DNA from: Heterodontus francisci
Taxonomy: Eukaryota
Reading direction: 5' to 3'
DNA: 64,000 nt
Assembly: GCF_036365525.1 (NCBI RefSeq)
Contig: NC_090389.1
Span: 36,082,973 to 36,146,972, forward strand
Shown here: positions 48,867 through 61,660 of the stretch, in pieces
How the letters are laid out: each line of letters starts with the position of its first letter
Position numbering within the stretch: the stretch's first letter is position 1
Position numbers and translations under genes: made by a program
The notes under the pieces: model-generated
What the model was told of the DNA's origin: nothing
What the model saw: the letters and a program-made list of their open reading frames with translations, nothing else
Databases searched by the model: none

Positions 48867-51189
48867 AATATTAAGGATAATACAAAGAACTACTGAGAAT
48901 TTCGGAATAAGTTGTTATTTTGGTACAATTTTGACGGTCGTGTAGGTCTGTGTTTGGGTTTATTGCACTGTTGAATTGTGTTGCACACAAATTCAATTTA
49001 TTAATATCGGGTCAGGGATAGTGACCAAATATGTAGCGCAATTAAGTGTCATGTTTGGACATGACATTCATTACATGATTGTTCTGTCGTTTATCTTGAC
49101 AACAAATAATACCTTCATTATTACTTACCCCAAATGACTTCTTCCAATTAGGTGTTCCCTTTATTAAGGTTTGTAACTCCTAAACTTCTCATTGTAACCA
49201 GCTTTCATTTTGGGCCCAGCTGCTGTTCTTTTAAAGTCTGGTTAACATTTCAATTCTTGATAAAATAACCCATCACCACACCCCCCTCCCCACCCCCAGC
49301 CTTTGAGAGGAATATTTTACCAGTGCCATGTGTTTGAATAATAAGGTTTAAACGTATTTTTGGAGAGGTTAAAATGTAAGAGCTTTGTAAATATTTGATT
49401 AAGACTGCATATAAAAGCTAAATTCCATATTGTTTTCACTTGTACTTTGCCTGTGTAAATTAGAGAAAAAACGGCTGCTGACAATTTAGCAATTAAGTAG
49501 AAATTTTGAATACTAGGAGAAAACATGTTGCGGTGTAGTAGAAACTACTATTAAACAGTACAGTAAAGAGAAATGCAAAAAATTATTATAGAAAGTTCTG
49601 GTGTTTAAATTTTAGCAGTTAGAGGCAAACATTAAGCTGATTATGCAGCAAAATATGTAGTATTCGGATATTAGAAAGCACAAAATAATTGTGTTCATTT
49701 TGTGCTTTTTTAATTCACGGCTGAGTTAATACTAACAGTGAACAGTACAACCAAAACAAATGCTAATGGTCGTTCCTTCTAGCCAGCTATAATTAAAAGA
49801 CTGGTTAGTCTGCCACCAATTACTATTGTTGACATTTTGCAAAAATCAGCATCTGCAAGCGACAGGCTTTCTTCAGTCATGAAGATGTCGCTGATAGTGA
49901 TATCAGTAGCCTCAAGTTTAATAGAGTTTCAACCATAGTCTTTACAGGATTGTCTATCATCAGGGTCAATGTGGAAATTGATTATGCTCCAGAACAAGCC
50001 TGTGTTTAAACCGTGGAAGGATGGCGACAGCATGACTGCTTCTGATACCTTTCAGCCAGCAATGCTTTCGGCAAGGAGGAAATGTGGTATTTTAGGAAGC
50101 AGACCTCCTTTACACGGCAATTCAGTATAAGTTATTGTTTCATAACAGCCATCTACGGTGACTGTTACATCACTATTTTCACACAGTGTTAAGCATTCTC
50201 AGGCCAGAATTTTTGTTTCCATTTTCGACATGTTATCCTTCTGTGACTAGGATGTTTAACGTATGGTTTTAGTTTTTCACAACAGAAAATACTGACAAGG
50301 CCACAGGCAAAAGAGGAATTTAAAGTTGCATAGGGACTTACTTTCACGCATCACATCTGGCATTAACGGGGCGGTAAGGGCCTCAAAACTTGTTTGACAG
50401 CACCATGTTGAAAGGGGTCTGCAGCTACAGCCCGCCCGTTTCAGGAAGTAAATCTCTTTTAATATGCAAATTGGGGTCCAAGGACCATGATTACCATATT
50501 AGGTCGGAGCTAGTTGGAGTGCGTGCTGTGTATGGTCCTATTAGTTCCATGGGTGATGAAGTCGAAGAGGCCCAGCAAAAGTAAGTTAGGAATTATTTCT
50601 GTTGGGCCTGGAGGACAATTTGTCTAGCAACCCTCCCTCCCTTCACCCATCTTCCCCCCCCACCTCACCCCCCCCCCCCCCCCCCCCCCCGCCTCACCAA
50701 AACACTTACCCAGCTGTCAGCTTTGGTGGCCAGCGTTAATCTGGCAAGCTGCATTGGGACATCCAATTGGCATCCTGCAACTCACCACCCTGATGTCAAT
50801 GAGACCGGAGCCTCAAAATTATGGCTACCTCATTACCATGGGTATGGGTGACCAGCTCCTGTCAGTCTGTCATCCCAAGTATCAACACTAATCCCAATCT
50901 GTTATCAAGACAAATTTTATACAAGACTTCAAATAATTTTTATTATGTTTCATAATTGCTTTTAAACTGATATAGATGAACAAAATATTACATTTAATTC
51001 CAATCGGCACACAATGCTTCAAAATAACCTTTCCTCATGCTCCAACACTTCTTAGGAGAGCTTTATTAATGTGATAATACAAGAGCACATTTTTATGTAG
51101 TTCATTACAAATGTAAGTTATTTATACCGAGTGCTTGGTACCACAAACCCAGTGTCTCTCAAGATCTCAAGTCACCAGTTGCGCCATGA

Positions 51190-53610
51190 GAATAGAAAGT
51201 GCCAGAAATACTCAGCAGATCTATCAGCATCTGTGTAGAGAGAAACAGAGTTAACGTTTCAGGTCTGTGACCTTTCATTAGAACTGGCAAAAGTTAGAAA
51301 AGGAACAGTCTTTGAGCAAGTGAAAGTGGGGGGGGGGGGGGGGGCAGGAAGAAGATAAAAAGGGAAGGCCTGTGATAGGACGGAGGGCAGCAGAGATTAA
51401 AGGACGGAGATGTCATGGAACAGAATGCAAATGGAGTGCTCAATAGTTGTTGTAAAAGACAAAGAATAAGTCCAGAACGAGTTCTAATGGCAGAATAATG
51501 AACAGCTCTGTCCGAAAGCAAAAACATGATAAACAAGTTTAAGACTAGCATATGGTTAAAAAATAAATAATTAAAAAAATATTTTGCCGTATATTCACAA
51601 TACCCTGTGACCTGCCCCTCCCTGACACTGAACGATCTGTACTTAGCAAAGGACTCAGTTTTATCCCCTTGTACCCCCACCTCAATGAATTTCACACTCG
51701 GCAGGATGTTGAGCTTTTCTTCTGTCGCCTTCGCCTCAGCCTCACTTCTTTGGCTAGGAGTCCTCACCCCGAACAGCAGACCTACTCCCCCACCTCCCGG
51801 TATTCTCCCTCTGGCTCTTTCCCACTCTAGATCTTTTCATTGAGAAGTGTCGGCGTGACATGGCCATCTTAATTTCTCTGTCCCCCTCATTCATTCTAAC
51901 CTGTGTTCCTCTGAACTTGTTGCACTTTGTTCTCTCAGGTCTAATTCTGACATTGTGATCAAACCTGCTGACAAGAGTGGTGCTGTTGTTGTCTGGCGTA
52001 CTGACCTCTACCTCGCAGAGGCTGAGCACCCACTCTCAGACACTTCTTCCTACTCTCCCCGGACCATGACCCCATCCAAAAACAGGACTGTCCTTGTAGA
52101 CTCATTGTTTCAGCCACACTGAACTTATTTATTCCTATCTTGATTCTATTTTTTCTCCCCTTGTCCAGTCTCTTCCCACCTACAGCAGTGATTCTTCTGA
52201 TGCCCTATGTCATTACGACAGTTTCCAGTTTACTGGCCCTAACAGCCTCCTCTTCACTATGGACGTCCAATCTCTCTACACCTCCATCCCCCACCAGGAC
52301 GGTCTGAGGGCTCTCCGCTTCTTCCTTGAACAGTGGCGCAACCAGTCCCCATCCACCACCACCCTCCTCTGCCTTCGCTGAACTTGTTCTCACATTGAAC
52401 AACATCTCCTTCAACTCCACTCACATCCTCCAAATAAAAGGTCTTGCTATGGGTACGTGCATGGGTCCTAGTTACGCCTGTCTTTTTGTGAGGTATGTCG
52501 AACATTCCTTGTTCCAGTCCTACTGAGGCCCCCTCCTCCAACTCTTTTTTCGGTATATTGATGACTGGATCGGTGCAGTTTCCTGCTCTCTCCTTGAACT
52601 GGAAAACTTCATCAGCTTTGCTTCCAATTTCCACCCTTCTCTCACCTTTACATTGTTTATCTCCGACACTTCTCTTCCCTCCCTTGACTTCTCCGACTCC
52701 ATCTCTGGGGATAGGCTGTCCACTAATATTTATTATAAGCTCACCAACTTCCACAGCTACTTCGACTACACTTCTTCACACTTCTGCCTCCTGTAAGGAT
52801 TCCATTCCATTCTCCCAGTTTCTCCATCTCTGATGCATTTATTCTGATGATGCAACTTCCACAACAGCACCTCTGATGTGTCTTCCTTTTTCCTCAACTG
52901 AGGATTCCCCCACACTGTGGTTGACAGGACTCTCGACCGTGTCCACCTTATTTCCTGCACTTCCACTCTCACCCCTTCCCCTCACTCCCAGAACTGCGAC
53001 AGGGTTCCCCTTGTCCTCACTTTCCATCCCACAGCCTCCACATCCAAAGGATCATCCTGCACCATTTCTGTCACCTCCAGCGTGATGACACCAAACACAT
53101 CTTTCCCTTCCCTCCCCTGTCAGCATTCTGAAGGGACCTTTCCCTCCGCGACACCCTGGTCCACTCCTCCATGACCCCCAACACCTTGTCCCCTTCCCAT
53201 GCAATCACAGGAGGTTTAATACCTGCTCTTTTACCTCCTCTCTCCTCACCATCCAAGGCCCCAAACACACCTTCCAGGTGAAGCAGCAATTTATTTGTAC
53301 TTCTTTCAAGTGAGTACCCTGTATTCGCTGCTCACAACGTGGTCGCCTCTACATTGGGGAGACCAACTGCAGACTGAGTGACTGCTTTGCAAAACACCTC
53401 CGCTCGATCCACAAGCATGACCCTGAGCTTCCGGTTGCTTGCTATTTTAATTCACTATCCTGCTCTCATGCCCACATTTCTGTCCAAGGCCTGCTGCAGT
53501 GTTCCACTGAAGCTCAATGCAAGCTCTAGGAACAGCACCTCATCTTCTAAGTAGGCACTCTACAGGCTTCTGGACTCAATATTGTGTTCAATAATTTCAG
53601 ACCGTGAGCT
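51190..53610 (+). mobile_element. Penelope-like element: inverted terminus (51190-51585) plus RT/GIY-YIG body
   Basis: IKPADKSGAVVVW, MDVQSLYTSIP, KGLAMGTCMGPSYACLFV and YIGET motifs; the upstream inverted segment matches 55195-55550. Confidence 0.9.
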
Positions 53611-53959
53611 CCATTATTGATTGATCGGTGAGGAGAGAGGAGGTAAAAGGGCAGGATCTTTGGGAAATCCATACATCAGGGTTTCCCATCCGCAGATGCT
53701 CCTCGGCTCACTTCCCACCTCCGAGTTAGTTATTATCAGGACTCGTGTGTTCCATTGAGATATTGATGAAGCCGCATTTTCACTTCAACGTTCGCCATAA
53801 CTTGCTTGCACAGACAATGAATTTGAGATATATGTCCATTGCAATGACTTTATCGAGAAATTGACCAACATTGTAAATGCATGCTTCACAGGCTTTAAAG
53901 TAGCTCAAATGCTCATGTTGTTAGCTGATGATACCATTTGTGTAGATGATTGTGGACAT

Positions 53960-55150
53960 TCAAGCAACTCAAAATCCATTAACAAGCTGGGCCATGAAGT
54001 GGAAAAATAACTTTAACATAGATAAATGTGAGTTGATGCACTATAGTAAGAAAATAGAAACATCACCTACACCTTACAAAATAACAAACTGAATGGGGTA
54101 GAAGAGCAAAGGAATCTTGGCATACAGGTGAAAATTCATTAAAAGCAGCATTGCAGGTCAGCAAAGCAATTGAAAATGCTAACAAAGTACTGGTATTTAT
54201 TTCTAGGGTTATAGAATTCAAAAGTTGTGAAGTTGTATTAAACCCTGGTCAGGCCACACTTAGAGTAAAGAGAAAGACCTGCATTTTTATAGCGCCTTTC
54301 ACAACCACAGAACATCCCAAAGTACTTTCAGCCAATAAACTACTTCTGATGTGTAGTCACTGTTGTAATGTTGGATACGTGGCAGACAATTTGCACACAG
54401 CAAGCTCCCACAAGCAGCATTGTCAAATGACTAGATAATCTGTTTTTGTACTGCTGATGAGGGCTAAGTATTGGCCAGGACACTGAGCAGACCTTCCCTG
54501 CTCCTCAGAATAGTGCCATGGGATCTTTTACAGCCATGTGAGAGAATAGATAGGACCTCAGCTTAACATCTCCAACAGTACAGCACTCCCTCAGAACTAC
54601 TTTGGAGTGTCAGCCTAGATTTTTGTACTCAAGCTCTAGAGTGGGACTTGAACCCACAATCTTCTAACTTAGAGGCAAGAGTTTTACACACTGAGCCAAA
54701 GGCTGACATGGGGGTACATGTTATACAAAGAACAGAGAAGCAATGATGATACCAGAACTGAGAGCTTACAACTATCAGGAAAGTTTGAACAGTTTGTGTG
54801 CATTTTTTTTTGGAAATGAGAAAACTTAGAGGTGGCCTGATAGAGATCTTTAAAGCTATGAATGGATTGGACAGGGTAGAAGTGGAGAGATTGTTTCCAA
54901 CTGTGGGAGAATCCAAAACTAGGAGCTGTTACTACAAGATATTTACTAATAAATCTACCTGGGGAATGAGGAGAAATTTCCTCATTCGGTGAATGGTTCG
55001 AATGTAGAATTCAATACAACAGGAAGTGGTTAAGACAATGAGTCCATGAGAGAAAAGGCCGAAAGGCTGAGATGAGGTAGATAAAATGGGAGGAGACTCA
55101 TGTTGAGTATAAACACCAGCTCAGATGTGTTGTGATGTCTATTGTATGTA
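53960..55150 (+). mobile_element. Old CR1 fragment interrupted by a SINE
   Basis: ANKVLVFISRVIEFKS and LRGGLIEIFKAMNGLDRV. Confidence 0.75.
54267..54708 (-). mobile_element. Deu-domain SINE with tRNA-like head
   Basis: Minus strand: tggctcagtgtgta..ggttcaagtccc head, Deu core and L2-like tail. Confidence 0.8.
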
Positions 55151-55194
55151 ATATGTAAAGCTTACTTAGGGCAGCCTACCTCACTTACCTCAAG

Positions 55195-58100
55195 CAAAAC
55201 ACAAAGTGCTGGAAATACTCAGCAGGTCTGGCAGCATCTGTGGAGAGAGACAGAAAGTTAACGTTTCAGGTCTGTGACCTTTCATCAGAACTAGCAAAGG
55301 TTATAAAAGAATTAGGTTTTAAACAAGTGAAGGGGAAGGGAGTGGGGAAGAGAACAAAGGGGAAGGTGTTTGATAGGGCAGAGGGAGATTAAATAACAAA
55401 GCTGTCCTGGGACAAAGGCGAAGTGTGTGTTGATGCTTGTGGTGAAAGAGAAAGCATTAGTCCAGAGAGAGTGTTAATAGTGGAATAATTAGCAGCTCTG
55501 ACTACATGAAAAACAGGCACGTGGTTAAAAAATAAAATATTAAAAAAAGGCCAGTCATGCTCTGACGTTATTGAACTCAATGTTCAGTCTGCGATGCTGT
55601 AGAGTGCCTAATTGAAAGATCAGGTGCTGCTCCTCGAGCTTGCGTTGATGTTCACTGGAACACTGCAGCAGGCCAAAGACAGAAATGTTGGGATGAGAGC
55701 AGGCGGGAGTGCAGAAATGGCAAGCAACAGGAAGCTCGGGGTCATGCTTTCGGACTGAGTGGAGGTGTTCAGCAAAGCGGTCACCCAATCTGCATTTGGT
55801 CTACCCAATGTGGAGGAGACTGCATTGTGAGCAGTGAATACAGTGTACTAAATTGAAAGGAGTACAAGTAAATCGCTGCTTCACCTGAAAGGAGTGTTTG
55901 GGGCCTTGGATAGTGAGGCGAGAGGAGGTAAAAGGACAGGTATTACACCTCCTGCAATTGCAAGGGAAGGGACGAGGTGTCGGGGGAAATGGAGGAGTGG
56001 ACCAGGGTGTCATGGAGTAAACAATCCCTTCGGAATGCTGACAGGGAGGGGAAGGGAAGATGCATTTGGTGGTGGCATCATGCTGGAGGTGGTGGAAATG
56101 GCAGAGGATGACCCTTTGGATGTTGAGGCTGGTGGGGTGGAAAGTGAGGACAAGAGGAACCCTCTCCCGGTTCTGGGAGGGAGGGGAAGGCTTGAGGGCA
56201 GAAGTGCCGGAAATGGGCTGGACACGGTTGAAGGCCCTGTCAACCACAGTGAGGGGGAATCCTCAGTTGAGGAAAAAAGAGGACATATCAGAGGGCGCTG
56301 TCGTGGAAGGTTGCATCATCAGAGCAGATGCATCGGAGACAGAGAAACTGGGAGAATGGAATGGAGTCCTTACAAGAAGCAGGGTGTGAAGAAGTGCAGT
56401 CGAGGTAGCTGTGGGAGTCGGTGAGCTTATAATGAATATCAGTAGACAGCCTGTCCCCAGAGATGGAGACAGAGAAGTCAGTGGAAGGGAAGGGAAGTGT
56501 CAGAGATAGACAATGTAAAGGTGAGAGAAGGGTGGAAATTGGAAGCAAAGTTGATAAAGTTTTAAAGTTCGGGGTGGGGGCAGGAAACGGCAGCGATACA
56601 GTCATCAATGTTCTGTAAAAAGAGCTGGGGGACTGGAACAAGGAATGTTCGACATATCCCACAAAAAGACAAGCATAACTAGGACCCATGTGGGTAGCCA
56701 TAGCAACACCTTTTACATGAAGGAAGTGAGTGGAGTTGAAGGGGAAGTTGTTCAATGTGAGAACAAGTTCAGCCAGGCGGAGGAGGGTGGTGGTGGATGG
56801 GGACTGGTTGGGCCTCTATTCAAGGAAGAAGCGGAGAGCCCTCAAACCATCCTGGTGGGGGATGGAGGTGTAGAGAGATTGGATGTCCATAGTGAAGAGG
56901 AGGCGGTTAGGACCAGGAAACTGGAAATTGTCAAATTGACATAGAGCATCAGAAGAGTCACAGATGTAGGTGGGAAGAGAATGAACCAGCGGAGAAAAGA
57001 TAGAGTCAAGATAGGAAGAAATATGTTCAGTGGGGCAAGAACAGACTGAAATGATGGGTCTGCCAGGACAGTCCTGTTTGTGGATTTTAGGAAGGAGGTA
57101 GAAGCGGGCTGTCTGGGGTTGTGGGACTATAAGGTTGGAAGCTGTAGAGGGAAGATCTCCGGAGGAGATGAGGTCAGTGACAGTCCTGTGGACAGTAGCT
57201 TGATGTTCAGAGGTGGGGTCATGGTCCAGGAGGAGGTAGGAAGAAGTGTCAGAGAGTTGGCGCTGAGCCTCTGAAAGGTAGAGGTCAGTACACCAGACAA
57301 GGAACAGCACCACTCATGTCTGCAGGTTTGATCGCAATGTTGGGGTTAGACCTGAGAGAATGGAGTGCAGCACGTTCAGAGGGAGACAGGTTAGAGTGAG
57401 TGAGGGTAGCAGAAAAACTGAGACGGCCAATGTCTCGCCAACAGTTCTCAGTTGAAAAGATCAAGAGTGGGTAAGAGGCCAGAGGGAGGGGTCCAGGTGG
57501 AGGGAGGATGCTGGAGGTGGGTGAATGGGTCTGCTGGTCAGGGTGAGGACTCCTGGTCAAAGAACATGGAGGCGAAGGCGAGCACAAAATTCATTCAGGT
57601 GGGGGCGTAAGGGGATAAAACTGAGTCCTTTGCTGGGTACAGAACGTTCAGCCTCAGAGAGGGCAAGGTCAGAGGGTATAGTGAATAGACAGCAAGGGGT
57701 CAGATCAGAAGGGATGGGGTCAAAAGGAGAACAAGGATCTGGCAGGCCATTAGTCCCCATAAGCTGCTGGAGCTTGCATTCCTTAACACTGAAAGGAAGA
57801 AAAAAGGTTTTTTGTTAATGCGTCAGATAAGACGAAGGATGAAATGAAACTGCGGAGTAGAATAGCTTTGAGATGAGATGAGGCAGTGCTTCTGGAGAGA
57901 GAGGTCCAGTGTGTACATGTGGCGGCACAAGTGGCGGTGCGTGGCACTGATTGTGGATCTCAGGATGCGGCAAGAGCAGCAGTCCGAGGAACATTGTATT
58001 TCTCGGACATGCCTGTAGTCCTGGGTGGATTCAAAACATGAAGGATGAAATTTCAGTTGGAATCCACATGGAATAAGTTGGAGCCCGAGACAGTCACTGA

Positions 58101-58250
58101 GGAAGGAGATGTGGTTGTGAAAACAAGTTTTGGTAGACACTTTATCAAACGCCAGGAGGGAAATAGAAAGCAATGAAGGTGAACAAGGTAAAAGAGACAA
58201 ACAAAAATCCCATCAGAGAGAAGAGCAGAACTTCTTGAAGGTAGGCATTC
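55195..58250 (-). mobile_element. Near-full-length decayed Penelope-like element (Neptune-type)
   Basis: N-terminal HISFLSDC..IPCGF; RT FYLLPKIHK, PGRPIIS, MDIQSLYTSIP, GVAMATHMGPSYA; Cys-rich linker CNCRRCNTCPF; GIY-YIG LVHCIHC..HIGET..RFAEH; hammerhead-bearing tail. Confidence 0.92.
55256..55292 (-). ncRNA. Minimal type I hammerhead ribozyme motif (intact core)
   Basis: Minus strand AGUU-CUGAUGA-A-AGGUC-ACA-GACCU-GAAA-CGUU-AACU: 4-bp stem I, 5-bp stem II, palindromic loopless stem III ACGU, GUU triplet. Confidence 0.8.
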
Positions 58251-59649
58251 CTCACTTCCCTCCTGCGAGCTATCAAGAAGGTTACGCTGGATTAATACAT
58301 CAGTGCAAATCCTGCTTAACCAATTTGAATCTCATTAAAAATTGTTGCCAGGTAATTTTGCAGTTGATCACTTACTGGAGCCTTTATTTATAACCAGATT
58401 AATCTAGACTGAAATAAATGTATTGATTTATTTCCAAAATCACTGTAATGAATTATCTGTGCTTAACTGTACAGTTAGAAATTAAATTACAAAGTAAAGT
58501 GCAGGCTTATATTAAAAGACCAATTGTCATTTATTATAAACTAGTTTCGACGCATATAGTCTACAAATCTCATCATAGTTCAGTTGAGTCTTCTTTTCAC
58601 TTGTATTGACAGAATGTGACTTGTGGCAGTATTGGATTGAAGGGCCTTCTTGGACTCATTAAAATTACAGTAATACCTTCCTATTCAACCTACTCCTACC
58701 TTTAATGTTGACCCTGGATTGAAATTTCCCCAACAGGACATTGTTATCTCCCAGCTTACTGTTTTACTGTCATCTGTGTGTTAGATTAATAAATAATGGA
58801 GTATGTGTGGAAGAGAAAACGAGAAGCATGACGATGTACAGGAATAGAGGGAGAGCAGTCACAAACCACACAGGGACAGTGTTATTGGTTATTTATTAAA
58901 AAGGTGGATAAACCATAAGAGCAATCACGTATGAAGACAAACTTAAAAAACATAAAAATAAAATAATTTCACTCCAGAGTTTCAGGATTTTGCTCCAAAA
59001 GAATTATGTGTACCTATTCTGGAAGAGATACAACACACTCCACACTCCATTTGGATACAGGTGGAGATAAAAGAGAGGGACAGAGTTGGGACAAAAGAAG
59101 GTGCAGCAGAGGCTGGAATTCAGAAATTAAAGATCGAAAAGAATTCAAGAAAAGAAAGAATAATGAAAGGATTAGGAAACAGAAAAAACAAACTTCTGAT
59201 CAGGCCATTCCACCAGTAGATGAGTGATGCAGCAGACCAAACTCTGCCTGAATGGACAGGCACAGGCCTTGGTAATGTGGAGAAATCAGTTCAGCCATGA
59301 ACTTATTGAATGGCGGAGCAGGCTGAAGGGGTCGAGTGGCCTACTCCTGCTCCTAATTCGTATGTTCGTATGTTCAATCAATAAGAGGAGAACAAGGTCA
59401 TTGCCCTCTGCAGAATAGGCACATCACATGAGGAGAAGCGCATCGATGGTATTGATCAGGAAAATCAGAGACGTTTAACATGGTTTTGAGGTTGGAGGAG
59501 AGGAAGTGGAAGAGCCCAGTGGTACTCACAGTAAGATCCACTAGCAGACATTACTGGGGTTAATCGATCCCCTTTGGGATTAATTGACCTCTCTGCAGGA
59601 TTTTCAGTTGCATTAAGAGGCCTCAGCATCACATCAACTTTAAGTTGGT

Positions 59650-60625
59650 AGGGGGAATGGTAATGTTACAGCTAGAGTTACTCGGCTAGTAATCCAGAAG
59701 CTTGGCCGAATGCACCAGAGACATGAGTTCAAATCTCACCATGGCAGCTGGGGGAATTTGAATATAGTTAATTAATAAAACTGGAATAAACTTAATCTCA
59801 TTAATAATGATCATAAAACTACCAGATTATCATAATAACCCATCTGGTACACTAACGTTCTTCAGGGAAGCATATCTGCTGTTCTTAACTGGTCAGGTGT
59901 ACATGTGACTCCAGACCCACAGCAATGTGATTGACTCTTAACTGTGCTCTGAAATGGCCTATCAAGCTGTTCAGTTGTTTCAAATTTCTACAGAAAAGTC
60001 AAATAAGAATAAAACTGGATGACCCCCATGAGGTCTCATGGCATCAGGTCAACTCAGGCAAGGAAACCTCCTGCTGACTAGCGACTACCGCTCTCCCTCA
60101 GCTGATGAAACAGTACTCCTCCATGTTGAATATCACTTGGAAAAAGCACAGAGGATAGGAAGGGTGCAGTCAATATCCATCATCAAAAGTAACACGGTAA
60201 CACCACCACTGGCCAAGTCCTGAAGGACTTATCTGCAAGACTGGGCCTGCGGCAGGTGGTGAGAGAACCAACAAGAGGAAAAAAACAACTTGCCCTCGTC
60301 CTCACAGATCTACCTGTTGCAGATGCATCTGCCCATGACTATTGGTAGGACTGACCATGGCAAATTCCTTGAAGAGACAAAGTCCCAACTTCACACTGAG
60401 GACACCCTCCACCGTGTTGTGTGGCACTACCACCGTGCTAAATGGGATAGACTCGGAACAGATATAGCAGCTCTAAACTGGGCATGCATGAGGTGCTGTG
60501 GACCACCAGCAGCAACAGAATTGTAACCTCATAGCCTGGCATATCCCTCACTCTACCATTGCCAACAAGCCAAGGGACCAACCTGGTTCAATGAGGAGTG
60601 TAGGAAATCATGCCAGGAGCAGCAC
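59650..60625 (+). mobile_element. Older, internally deleted 5' part of the tRNA-headed LINE
   Basis: Same head (ctagtaatccag..gagttcaaatctcacc) and APE peptides (YRSPSADETVLLHVEYHLE) as 61661-63000. Confidence 0.8.
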
Positions 60626-61660
60626 CATAGAATCGGTACAGGCCATTTGGCTCATTGTGTCCACGCCAACTCTCTGCAACAGCAATTCACTTAGTCCCAC
60701 TCCCCTGCCTTTTTCCTGCAGTCCTGCATTTTTTTTCTGCTCAGATAATTATCCAGTTCTCTTTTGAAGGCCTTGACTGAATCTACCTCCACCACACTCT
60801 CAGGTAGTGCATTCCAGATCCTAACCACTCGCTGTGCAAAAAAGTTTTTCCTCAGGTCACTGTTGCTTCTTTTGTCAATCACCTTAAATCAGTGTCCTGT
60901 GATTCTGGATAATTTAGCAAATGTGAACAGTTTCTCCCTATCTACTCTATCCAGACCCCTCATGATTTTGAATACCTCTTTCAAATCTCCATTTAATCTT
61001 CTCTTCTCCAAGGAGAATAGGCCCAGCATCTCCAACCTATCCACGTAATTGATGTTCCTCATCCCTGGAACCATTCTCAAGGATCTTTTCTGCACCTTCT
61101 CTAATGCCTTAACATCCCTCTGAAAGTATGGTGCCCAGAACTGGACACAATACTCCTGTTGAGGCCGAACCAGTGTTTTATGCAGGTTTATCATAACTTC
61201 CTTGTTTTTGTACTCTCTGCCCCCATTTATAAAGCCCAGGATCCCATATACTTTATTAACTGCTTTCTCAACCTGCCTTGCAACCTTCAACGATTTGTCC
61301 ACAAACACCCCCCGGTCCCTCTGCTCCTGCACCCCTTTTACACATTTCTGTTTAATTTATATTGCGTCTGCTTGTTTTTCTGACCAAAATGAATCACTTC
61401 ACACTTTTTTGCATTAAATTTCATCATCCACTTGACTGCCCATTGCACCAGCCTGTCTATGTCCTCTTGCAGTTTATCATTCTCCTCCTCACAGTTCATA
61501 GTTCCAAGTTTTGTACCAGCCGCAAATTTTGAAATTGTGTCCTGTACACCCAAGTCCAGGTCATTAACCTATATCAAGAAAACCAGGGAAGCCAACACCG
61601 ACCCCTGGGGAACCCCACTACTTTCCTCCAGTCTGAAGAACAACTGTTCGCAACAACAGT
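60626..61660 (-). mobile_element. CR1 3' part
   Basis: LVRPQQEYCVQFWAPY and LRKNFFAQRVVRIWNALP. Confidence 0.9.

Noticed and set aside
50669-50690. Poly-C tract (and G runs at 51327-51344) as functional G-quadruplexes
   Set aside because: Homopolymers inside repeats, prone to slippage and sequencing error, with no other support.
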